NCBI GenBank assembly: GCA_963699755.1
Contig: CAVOVB010000001.1
Location: 1,792,001 to 1,856,000, forward strand
Origin: an uncultured delta proteobacterium
Lineage (GTDB): Bacteria > Myxococcota_A > Polyangia > Polyangiales > Houyiibacteriaceae
Direction of reading: 5' to 3'
DNA: 64,000 nt
Below the pieces are notes generated by a model that was not told the DNA's origin, did no database searches, and saw nothing but the letters and a program-made list of their open reading frames with translations. Positions within the stretch are counted from its first letter, which is position 1. The number at the start of each line of letters is the position of its first letter. The position numbers were made by a program, and so were the translations under genes. Of this stretch, positions 56,504 to 64,000 are shown piece after piece.

Positions 56504-57568
56504 ATGGAGCTCCCCGTCGATCCGAATCAAGTTGGTCCCGTCTGCCTGGTGACCGGTGGCAACGGCTACGTTGGCAAGCATCTGGTTCGCCGGCTCTTGG
56601 AGCTCGGCTGCGAGGTGCGCGCGCTCGATCTTGCGCCGTTTGAGGGCGATGGGCCGGTCCGGAGCATCGTTGGTGACATCCGGCGAATGAGCGATCTCCG
56701 TGCGGCCTGTGAGGACGTCGATACCGTCTTTCACACTGCCGCGATCATCAACACCCTCACGCTCGCGCGCGCGAGCGTCCGCCGCCACGTCTATGGCGTC
56801 AATGTTCTTGGCACCGAATGCGTGATCCAGGCCTGCCAGGCCGCGGGGGTGAAGAAGCTCATCTTCACCAGCTCGATTACCGTCGCGGTCGACCGTCCGA
56901 TTCGCGAGGGAGACGAAACGGTGCCCTACGTTGGAACCGACGGCCTGCCCGACCTCTATTCGCAAACCAAGAGCCGGGCCGAAAAGATGGTCCTCGAAGC
57001 CGACGACCCTAACGGCCTGCGAACCGCGGCGGTTCGACCGGGTGGTGTTTGGGGGCCCGGCGAGGGGGCCATGATGGTGCAGGACTTCCTCGAGCACCTC
57101 GCTGCTGGGCAGTTCAAGCTCAAGATAGGCGACGGCAAGTCCGTAACAGACAACGTCCACGTCGATTCGGTGGTGGACGTTCACTTCCTCGTGGCAAAAA
57201 AGCTCGGCGAGGAACCGAAGTTGGTTGGAGGCCAAGCGTACTTCGTGAGCGACGACGAGCCGACCAATCCCGTCGGCTGGTACCGGCCAATCGTCGAAGG
57301 CCTCGGGTACTCCTGGCCGAAGCTCCACATTCCCCGCTCGCTGGCCTACGGCATCGCGTATCTCGGGGAGGTCGCCCACTACTTTGGCGGCCCGTTTCCC
57401 ATGCTCACCAGGCGTTCGGTCTTGTCGATCTGCAACGACGCCTCGTTCCGCGTCGACAAGGCCCGCACCGAGCTCGGCTACGAGCCGCGAACCAGCGCCG
57501 CGGAAGGCATTCCCGAGCTGATGCACGAGTTCCGAGCGACACACGACCGCTTGAAGGCGACGCCATGA
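56504..57568 (+). CDS. 3-beta-hydroxysteroid dehydrogenase-like extended SDR
   Basis: TGGNGYVG, VFHTAA, YSQTK, RPGGVWGPG, GQAYFVSD. Confidence 0.82.
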   Translation: MELPVDPNQVGPVCLVTGGNGYVGKHLVRRLLELGCEVRALDLAPFEGDGPVRSIVGDIRRMSDLRAACEDVDTVFHTAAIINTLTLARASVRRHVYGVNVLGTECVIQACQAAGVKKLIFTSSITVAVDRPIREGDETVPYVGTDGLPDLYSQTKSRAEKMVLEADDPNGLRTAAVRPGGVWGPGEGAMMVQDFLEHLAAGQFKLKIGDGKSVTDNVHVDSVVDVHFLVAKKLGEEPKLVGGQAYFVSDDEPTNPVGWYRPIVEGLGYSWPKLHIPRSLAYGIAYLGEVAHYFGGPFPMLTRRSVLSICNDASFRVDKARTELGYEPRTSAAEGIPELMHEFRATHDRLKATP

Positions 57569-58293
57569 TCAAGCTCATCTACTTGCTCTGGCCTCGCCAG
57601 CCGATGGAACCCGCAGCGCGCCGGCTTGCCTTGGTCGAGCGCTGCGCGCCAAGGCTTCTCGATTCCGGCGCGCGGTATCTTCTGATGAACATCGATGACG
57701 ACTTCGCCACCGTGCCGTCACCAACCCCGACGACCCAGCTCACGGATCCCTTCGCAGCCGAGGTCAGTATCTGGGTCGACGATCTGAACGTGCGTGGCAC
57801 GCTCGAAGCGATCTTGCTCGACGCGGACTTCGACATCGCCGGCTACCGCGTCCGCGAGCACCTCTACACCGACTATGGAGGAAACGAGCATGGCACTCCG
57901 CGTGACTGGCCCGATGGGAAGCGCTCGCCGTACGTCATTTCGGTGACTCCGCTGGAGAGACCGAAGCGCATCCCCAAGGACCGCTGGATGCGGCACTGGT
58001 TCAATCGTCAGGGGCCGATGTCCGAAAAGATGCAGCCGCGCGCGCGCTATGTCCGCAACGTCGTCGAGGAGGTCCTGACACCCGGTGCCGTACCGTACGA
58101 AGGGATCGTCGAGGAATCCTGGCCGTCCCCGGAACACATGACGAATCCGTACGTGTTTTATGGGGCTCGCAATCGATTCGAGCTCCTGCGAAACATGGGG
58201 ATCATGATGCAAAGCGTCGCGGCCTTCCTCCCGATTTGGAAGATCACCAGTGTCACCACGAGCGAGTACTACATCCGCAGCCGGGGGGCCTAA
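57565..58293 (+). CDS. EthD-like dimeric alpha-beta barrel protein
   Basis: ATGA overlap with the 3-beta-HSD gene. RYVRNVV..YEGIVEESW. Confidence 0.6.
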   Translation: MIKLIYLLWPRQPMEPAARRLALVERCAPRLLDSGARYLLMNIDDDFATVPSPTPTTQLTDPFAAEVSIWVDDLNVRGTLEAILLDADFDIAGYRVREHLYTDYGGNEHGTPRDWPDGKRSPYVISVTPLERPKRIPKDRWMRHWFNRQGPMSEKMQPRARYVRNVVEEVLTPGAVPYEGIVEESWPSPEHMTNPYVFYGARNRFELLRNMGIMMQSVAAFLPIWKITSVTTSEYYIRSRGA

Positions 58294-58349
58294 AGGGTCG
58301 CTTTCTGCTGGACCCGTGGCACCATCGTATGGGTACACTGTCCGCTCCA

Positions 58350-58919
58350 ATGCCAACCGATCGACGTGATTTTCTCAAGCTGTCGGTAGCCGGTGCCGCT
58401 GCGCTTTCGACGATGAGTGCCGGTGCGACCTTATCGGGTTGTACGTCCAGCGCGCCTGCGTCGGGGATGAAGGTCCTTCGTGCCGAAGACGTGGAGCTCT
58501 TGCGCGCCCTGACGCCTGCCGTGATGAAAGGTAAGATCGCACCGGGGGACACGACCGCCATCGACCAAACCCTGAAATCGTTCGATACCTTGCTGGTCGA
58601 TCTCTCCGAGTCCGTCGTTGCAGGCGTGCATCAGGCCTTCGACGTGCTGAGCTTTGGGCTGAGCCGCGGGCTGATGACAGGTCAGTGGTCTTCCTGGTCG
58701 AAAGCTTCGCCAGAAGACGCCGAAAGCGCCCTGGCGCGTTTGCGCGACAGCGGCATCGGCTTGTTGAACGCGATCTACGCGGCGGTCATCAGGCTCACCA
58801 TCAGCTCTTGGTATCTCATTCCTGAGAACGCAGCGACGACCGGATACCCCGGCCCGCCCAGGAAGGTCGCCAGTCCAGTGCCCATGGTCGCTCCCAGGGA
58901 GGAGGAGGCCGCACCGTGA
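58350..58919 (+). CDS. Tat (lipo)protein partner of a GMC oxidoreductase
   Basis: DRRDFLK, LSGC, C-terminal GYPGPP. Confidence 0.78.
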   Translation: MPTDRRDFLKLSVAGAAALSTMSAGATLSGCTSSAPASGMKVLRAEDVELLRALTPAVMKGKIAPGDTTAIDQTLKSFDTLLVDLSESVVAGVHQAFDVLSFGLSRGLMTGQWSSWSKASPEDAESALARLRDSGIGLLNAIYAAVIRLTISSWYLIPENAATTGYPGPPRKVASPVPMVAPREEEAAP

Positions 58920-60535
58920 CCGATCTTTCCAAAGTGATTCTGGGCAGCAGCACCGACCCGTACAACAAGGCGGCCGAACACGGCTGGGACATCCGTGACG
59001 CCAGCAAGCTCACGTCTGCGCTCGAGCTCGAAGCAGACGTGGTCATCGTCGGCACCGGTGCCGGCGGAGGCACAGCAGCCGAGACCTTGAGCAAGGCCGG
59101 CTTGCGCGTGGTTCTCCTCGAAGCAGGGCCCCTCAAGACCTCGAGCCAGTTCGACATGCAGGAGCGCGCGGCTTACCGCGACCTCTATCAGGAAGGGACC
59201 GGTCGCGGCACCAAAGACGGGGGCATGGTCATCTTGCAGGGCCGCTCGGTTGGAGGCTCCACGACGGTCAACTGGACGACGAGCTTCCGCACCCCGCCCG
59301 AGACGCTGAAGTTCTGGGCGGAGCAGATGGGCGTGAGCGGCTGCTCGGTCCAAGAGATGGCGCCGTACTTCCAGCACATGGAGCAGCGTCTCAACATTCA
59401 CAAATGGCCTCAAGCGCCCAACAACAACAACGGCATGTTGCAGCGAGCATCAGAGAAGCTTGGCTACTCATGGGACACGATTCACCGGAACGTACGGGGC
59501 TGCTTGAACCTTGGTTACTGCGGGCTTGGTTGCCCGGTCGACGCCAAGCAATCCATGCTCGTCACGACGATTCCAGCGGCCTTGGATAACAAGGCCACGC
59601 TCGTGCATCGCGCGCGCGTCGTGAACGTGCTGCGCAACGGCGACGTCGTGACGGGTGTCGAAGCAGAGGCTCTCACCGCCGACGTCCGGGGGACGACCGG
59701 GCAAAAGATCATCGTTCGAGCCACGCGTACCATTCTGGCAGGCGGCGCGATCAACTCGCCGGCGGTCTTGCTGCGCTCGAAGGTCCCCGATCCGCACGAC
59801 CTCATCGGCAAGCGCACGTTCTTGCACCCGACGACGCTCACCATGGCGATCTACGAGGAATCGATCGACCCGTTCTACGGCGCCCCTCAGTCGATCTACT
59901 CCGACCACTTCCAGTGGCAGAATGTCCACACGGGCCCGGTCGGGTTCAAGCTCGAGGTGCCCCCGCTGCAACCCGCATTTGCCGCAGGGTTCTACGCGGC
60001 CGCAGGTGAGGAGATCACCAGCAGCATGGACCAGCTCAGGAACACGCAGTGCATGATCGCTCTGATGCGCGACGGGTTTCACGAAGAAAGCCAGGGTGGT
60101 GCGGTCGAGCTCAACGACAAAGGGCAGCCCGTCGTCGACTATCCGATCAACGACTACCTGATGGAAGGCGTGCGGCGGGCCTTCAACGTGATGCTCGAGA
60201 TGCAGTTTGCCACGGGCGCCAAGTCTGCACGGCCTGCGCACAAGCAGGCGAAGCACTACACGTCCTGGAAAGAGGCCAAGGCGGCCGTTGCCGCGCTTGA
60301 TGTGGTCGTACACAAGGCCACCGTCGGTAGCGCCCACGTCATGGGTGGCTGTCCGATGGGCGACGACCCGAAGCGAAGCGTCGCTGGCAGCGATGGCAAG
60401 TTCCACCATCTGGACAACCTCTACATCATGGACGGCTCCCTCTTCCCCACCAGCATCGGCGCCAATCCACAACTCTCGATCTACGGCCTCGTCTACAAAC
60501 TCTCGAGCAACCTGGCCACGCAGTTCCAAGCCTGA
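58916..60535 (+). CDS. GMC-family flavin oxidoreductase
   Basis: VGTGAGG, GRSVGGSTTVN, CLNLGYCGLGC, SAHVMG, ANPQ. Confidence 0.9.
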   Translation: MTDLSKVILGSSTDPYNKAAEHGWDIRDASKLTSALELEADVVIVGTGAGGGTAAETLSKAGLRVVLLEAGPLKTSSQFDMQERAAYRDLYQEGTGRGTKDGGMVILQGRSVGGSTTVNWTTSFRTPPETLKFWAEQMGVSGCSVQEMAPYFQHMEQRLNIHKWPQAPNNNNGMLQRASEKLGYSWDTIHRNVRGCLNLGYCGLGCPVDAKQSMLVTTIPAALDNKATLVHRARVVNVLRNGDVVTGVEAEALTADVRGTTGQKIIVRATRTILAGGAINSPAVLLRSKVPDPHDLIGKRTFLHPTTLTMAIYEESIDPFYGAPQSIYSDHFQWQNVHTGPVGFKLEVPPLQPAFAAGFYAAAGEEITSSMDQLRNTQCMIALMRDGFHEESQGGAVELNDKGQPVVDYPINDYLMEGVRRAFNVMLEMQFATGAKSARPAHKQAKHYTSWKEAKAAVAALDVVVHKATVGSAHVMGGCPMGDDPKRSVAGSDGKFHHLDNLYIMDGSLFPTSIGANPQLSIYGLVYKLSSNLATQFQA

Positions 60536-60607
60536 AAAAGGGGACAGTCCCCTTTTTCACCGCCGCATGAACGAACTAACCCTTTCAAAAAGGGGACTGT
60601 CCCCTTT
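60535..60607. repeat. Inverted pair of REP-like palindromes, probably also a bidirectional terminator
   Basis: AAAAAGGGGACAGTCCCCTTTTT (60535-60557) and AAAAAGGGGACTGTCCCCTTT (60587-60607) between convergent genes. Confidence 0.8.
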
Positions 60608-60608
60608 A

Positions 60609-61649
60609 TTAGACGAGGTTCTTTAGGAACTCGAGGAGGTGTTGGTTCACCGCTTGGGGCTGCTCCTGCTGGACGAAATGGCCCGCGCCGGTGACGAGCT
60701 CGATGCTCCGGAGGTCCGGGACCCGGCTTGGCATGGTTTCGAGGGTTTTGGGCGTGATGATCTGGAGGACGGGGTCTTTTTCCCCGCAGATGAACAGGGC
60801 GGGCTGCTCGATTGGGCGGCGACCGTAGTCCCGGTCGTGCTCCCAGTTGAGGTCCATCGCGCGGTAGGAGTTGAGGCCACCGATGAACGCGGCCTTGGGC
60901 CCCGCCTGCATGTACTCCTCGACCAGAAAGTCGAGGTCCTCTTTGCTGAGCCAGGGCCACGGCAAGGGCTCTTTCGGATCCGCGAGCACGTCCAAGTAAC
61001 CGGTGCCTTCCCCGGGGAACTTCTTGAAGTCGAGCAAGCGTCCGCGCGCGCTCAAGGCCCAGTAGATCCGCTTCAGAAACAATCGAGGCTGACTGCCGAG
61101 CTCGGCTTCGGCCGGTCCCACTTTTTGGAAGTAGTGCAGATGAAGGAAGTGCCTCTCCGCGATGGCGGCATAGGTCTCGCTTGGTTTGCGGCCCCTTGCC
61201 GCCGCTTCTTGGCTTGCGGTGGCCGGTTTCCCTCTCGTCTTCTCGCCTCCAGCAAATCCAAGCCCGTAGGGCACGGCTAGCGATACGACCCCGCGGACCC
61301 GCTCCGGTGCGTGGAGCGCGGCCGCCCACGCTGCCTGCGCGCCGAAGTCGTGGCCGACGAACACGGCGTCCCGTTCCCCAAGCGCGTCGAGGACTCCGGT
61401 CAAATCGGCGACGATCGTTTGGTTAATATATTCCCTTGCGGAGAGGGGTCGGTCACTTCGGCCGTAGCCACGCATGTCGACGGCGATTGCTCTGAAGCCA
61501 GCGGCCGCGACCACTGGCAGTTGATGCCGCCAGGAGTACCAGAGCCCCGGAAAGCCGTGACAGAACAAGACGGCAGGCCCCTTGCCGCGGCTGACCGCGT
61601 GCATACGAATCCCGTTCGATTCGAGCGTCAGGTGCCCGGCGCTGCTCAC
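60609..61649 (-). CDS. Epoxide hydrolase (alpha/beta fold)
   Basis: HGFP, DMRGYG, GHDFGA, LNSYRA, GHFVQQE. Confidence 0.9.
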   Translation of the reverse strand: MSSAGHLTLESNGIRMHAVSRGKGPAVLFCHGFPGLWYSWRHQLPVVAAAGFRAIAVDMRGYGRSDRPLSAREYINQTIVADLTGVLDALGERDAVFVGHDFGAQAAWAAALHAPERVRGVVSLAVPYGLGFAGGEKTRGKPATASQEAAARGRKPSETYAAIAERHFLHLHYFQKVGPAEAELGSQPRLFLKRIYWALSARGRLLDFKKFPGEGTGYLDVLADPKEPLPWPWLSKEDLDFLVEEYMQAGPKAAFIGGLNSYRAMDLNWEHDRDYGRRPIEQPALFICGEKDPVLQIITPKTLETMPSRVPDLRSIELVTGAGHFVQQEQPQAVNQHLLEFLKNLV

Positions 61650-61667
61650 GTCTTCAGAGCGCGGCCG

Positions 61668-62669
61668 TTACGGCTTCGCAGCTTCTGTCACCGCATTGAT
61701 GAGGCTTTTCGAGAACATCCGTCCGGTGAGGTTGTCGCGAACCTGCTTATCCGCGGCGTCCCACGCAGCTTGGGCATCCCCGGCTTCCACTGCTTCGATG
61801 CCTTTGGTGAGGACGATCTTGTAAGCCTTCTCGTCGTCTTTGCGAATGACTTTGTTGAGCAACTCGTGTGCGCGTTCGGCGGTGCTGTCGAACGCTTCTC
61901 GAAGCTCGGGTGGGAGCTCGTCATACTTGTCTTTGCGCATCATCGTTCCACCGGCGATGATCGCGGAGTTGTGCGCGGTCATGTATTTCACACGCGTGTA
62001 CCACTGCAACGCCACCGCGGTGAGCGCCGAGGAAGAAATCACGTCGACCATTCGGGTTTGCAGCGCCGGGTAGACCTCGGGCACGCCGAGCCGAACCGCG
62101 CTTGCGCCGATGACTTGATAGAATTCGACGAAGATCGGATCGTCCTTCCAGACCCAGGGGCGCATGGCCTTGATATCGTGGGGCGACTTGATGGGCTTCG
62201 CCGAGAACAGGCGCGTCTTGCCAGCGTCGCCCCAGCCGACGAGCTTCATGTTCTCCTTCGCGAACATCGCTTCGAACTCAGGGGCCATCTTGCCGCGAAC
62301 TCGGTCGAGCTGCTCATAGGTGGGGAGCAAGCCCGGCAGCACCAGGACATTCATCGCGGGTATTAGCAAGCTCATCCCGGTCATGGTGACCACGCCACCG
62401 TCGAGCTGTCCGACCCGCATCTTGCGGACGAAGTCGCGCTCGTCACCCTGGGAGCCACCAGGGTAGAATCGCATCTTGAGCTTTCCGTCGGTCTTCTCTT
62501 GAAGCGTCTTGTTCCAGGCGTTGAGAATCTTCATCCACGATGAGCCCGCGGGCGCGAGGGACGCGATCCGTAGCGTGTAGGCCTCTTCGGCCTTGGTGGG
62601 TGTGCTGGTGCCTGGCAGCGCGAAGGCGGCGACCAAAAGCAGAAAAATAGGTACAAAACGGCGCTTCAT
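61668..62669 (-). CDS. dctP: TRAP transporter substrate-binding protein
   Basis: Signal peptide, IASLAPAGSSW, YPGGSQGDE, EVYPALQT. Confidence 0.85.
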   Translation of the reverse strand: MKRRFVPIFLLLVAAFALPGTSTPTKAEEAYTLRIASLAPAGSSWMKILNAWNKTLQEKTDGKLKMRFYPGGSQGDERDFVRKMRVGQLDGGVVTMTGMSLLIPAMNVLVLPGLLPTYEQLDRVRGKMAPEFEAMFAKENMKLVGWGDAGKTRLFSAKPIKSPHDIKAMRPWVWKDDPIFVEFYQVIGASAVRLGVPEVYPALQTRMVDVISSSALTAVALQWYTRVKYMTAHNSAIIAGGTMMRKDKYDELPPELREAFDSTAERAHELLNKVIRKDDEKAYKIVLTKGIEAVEAGDAQAAWDAADKQVRDNLTGRMFSKSLINAVTEAAKP

Positions 62670-62877
62670 TCTCTAAAACCTTTCCCGTCGCGTGGGAGCC
62701 CGCCGAGAGTCACAAGTTCCCTCGCCGTCGTCAATATGAATGGTTTGCTTTCTCGAACACGCTGAACACTTCATCTCCGAATAGCTCGACGGGCCCGCCT
62801 TGGCTTTTACTCAGTGCCTCGTCAACCCCGACTCCTACGATCACCTTTCCGGGCGAGCTATGCTATGTGCAGGCTCG

Positions 62878-63222
62878 ATGGTCCGCGACCTCATCGAAAA
62901 CCGTGACAGCACCGCGCGCGACCACCTGGCCAACGAGCGGACGTTCCTGGCATGGGTGCGGACGGCGCTCGGCCTCGTTGGGCTGGGGGTTCTGCTGGAA
63001 CGGCTCGGGGCTGGGGGCGAAGCGATCGCGGTGGCCGCGGGACTCGGCTTCATCAGCTTCGGTGGCCTGTCCCTGATGTACGCCGTGAGCCGATATCTCT
63101 GGGTCGCGAAAAACCTCGAACGCGGCATGTTTCCGGTGGCGATTCGAGGCCCGATTGTCGTTGCCTTTGGCGCCATTCTGGTCGCGGGCGGGGCCATGCT
63201 TTACGTGCTGCTCCTCCATTGA
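62878..63222 (+). CDS. DUF202/YidH membrane protein
   Basis: RDHLANERTFLAWVRT and three TM helices. Confidence 0.88.
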   Translation: MVRDLIENRDSTARDHLANERTFLAWVRTALGLVGLGVLLERLGAGGEAIAVAAGLGFISFGGLSLMYAVSRYLWVAKNLERGMFPVAIRGPIVVAFGAILVAGGAMLYVLLLH

Positions 63223-63231
63223 GGTTCGCGC

Positions 63232-63765
63232 TCAGAAATCAGCCTCGGTGCCGCATTGGAGCATGTCGGTGCCCATGTATGGGTTTGAGACACCTTCAGA
63301 CACCTGCACCCACTTCTTGTAGCCTTTCGCCATGGGGCATTCGTAGACGTGTCGGCCCTGCTGGAGGCTCGGCTCGGCGGACAGTACGGCGATGAGTGCC
63401 TGGCTCACATCGCCAAACGCCTTTCTCGCTTCGCTCAGGTCCGAGCTTTCCAAGCCGGCGAGCCGTTGTGCGGCGCTCGACAGATCCTCCAGAGGCCGGC
63501 GGAGGCTATCCGGAGCCGATGCCGAGGCCAGACGTGCCGCGTCCGCAAGCTGGGTTGCCGGCGTTTTTACGTCTCCGCGATCTTCTGCGAGTGCACCGCG
63601 CGCTAGGTCATAGGCCGCGACGGCTTCGTCGATTCTCGCGCTCGTCTCGGCAGGGAGCGTCGACGGTTCGGGAACCGCCTCCCGGCTCTTGCTGCATCCA
63701 ATGAAAATGCTCGCCACACCGATTACGGCGCCTACGAGCAGAACCGCTGGTCGTCCATTCGTCAT
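63232..63765 (-). CDS. DUF3347-like heavy-metal-associated lipoprotein
   Basis: FIGC lipobox and YECPM..WVQ..NPYMGTDMLQCG. Overlaps the cusA-like stop. Confidence 0.75.
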   Translation of the reverse strand: MTNGRPAVLLVGAVIGVASIFIGCSKSREAVPEPSTLPAETSARIDEAVAAYDLARGALAEDRGDVKTPATQLADAARLASASAPDSLRRPLEDLSSAAQRLAGLESSDLSEARKAFGDVSQALIAVLSAEPSLQQGRHVYECPMAKGYKKWVQVSEGVSNPYMGTDMLQCGTEADF

Positions 63766-64000
63766 ACCTCGTCTCCATTTCCTTCTGCGTGATTGACCTG
63801 AAGCGCAGGAAGAGAGCGACCCTTCCATGCAGCAAAAATCGCTGGATAGACCGTGAGCTCCAGCAAGAACGAAGTCACCAGACCGCCCACCATCGGCGCA
63901 GCAATTCGCTTCATGACGTCTGCTCCCGTGCCTGTGCTCCAGAGGATCGGCAAGAGTGCAATCGTGGTGGTCATCACGGTCATCAGCTTCGGCCGGATTC
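63762..64000 (-). CDS. cusA: CusA/CzcA heavy-metal efflux RND pump, C-terminal fragment
   Basis: RPKLMTV..GTGADVMKRIAAPMVGGLVTS. Runs off the window edge. Confidence 0.85.
   Translation of the reverse strand, partial: IRPKLMTVMTTTIALLPILWSTGTGADVMKRIAAPMVGGLVTSFLLELTVYPAIFAAWKGRSLPALQVNHAEGNGDEV

Overview
A 64-kb GC-rich bacterial window with dense coding and no rRNA, tRNA, CRISPR array or transposase. Gene content (many lipoproteins, an EGF/Sushi protein, a DUF1501-type pair) suggests Myxococcota; this is inference. The main feature is a multiheme cytochrome c locus at 4.3-11.5 kb that the ORF track fragments. After repairing small indels by hand it encodes a 25-heme lipoprotein with five tandem ~95-aa tetraheme repeats, a divergent 8-heme paralog, a ferredoxin-flavin NAD(P)H oxidoreductase, a membrane protein, a hidden tetraheme fragment, a decaheme cytochrome and an outer-membrane beta-barrel. 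That is 47 complete CxxCH motifs and a candidate cytoplasm-to-surface electron conduit. Two apparent deletion junctions (~8203, ~8705) show the locus is incomplete here. The window also holds: a lipid storage/turnover block; norCBQD with a diheme NorC; a persulfide dioxygenase-rhodanese/YeeE/TauE/SulP cluster; two KshA-like Rieske oxygenases with a hemerythrin and a ferredoxin behind two KstR-type palindromes; a CarH/LitR-like B12 regulator next to a fasciclin gene; two ATP-grasp/peptidase pairs; two GMC/Tat pairs; steroid dehydrogenases; and the end of a CusA-type operon. The many frameshifts, mostly +1 insertions, look like long-read consensus errors. Family names come from motif recognition, not database searches.
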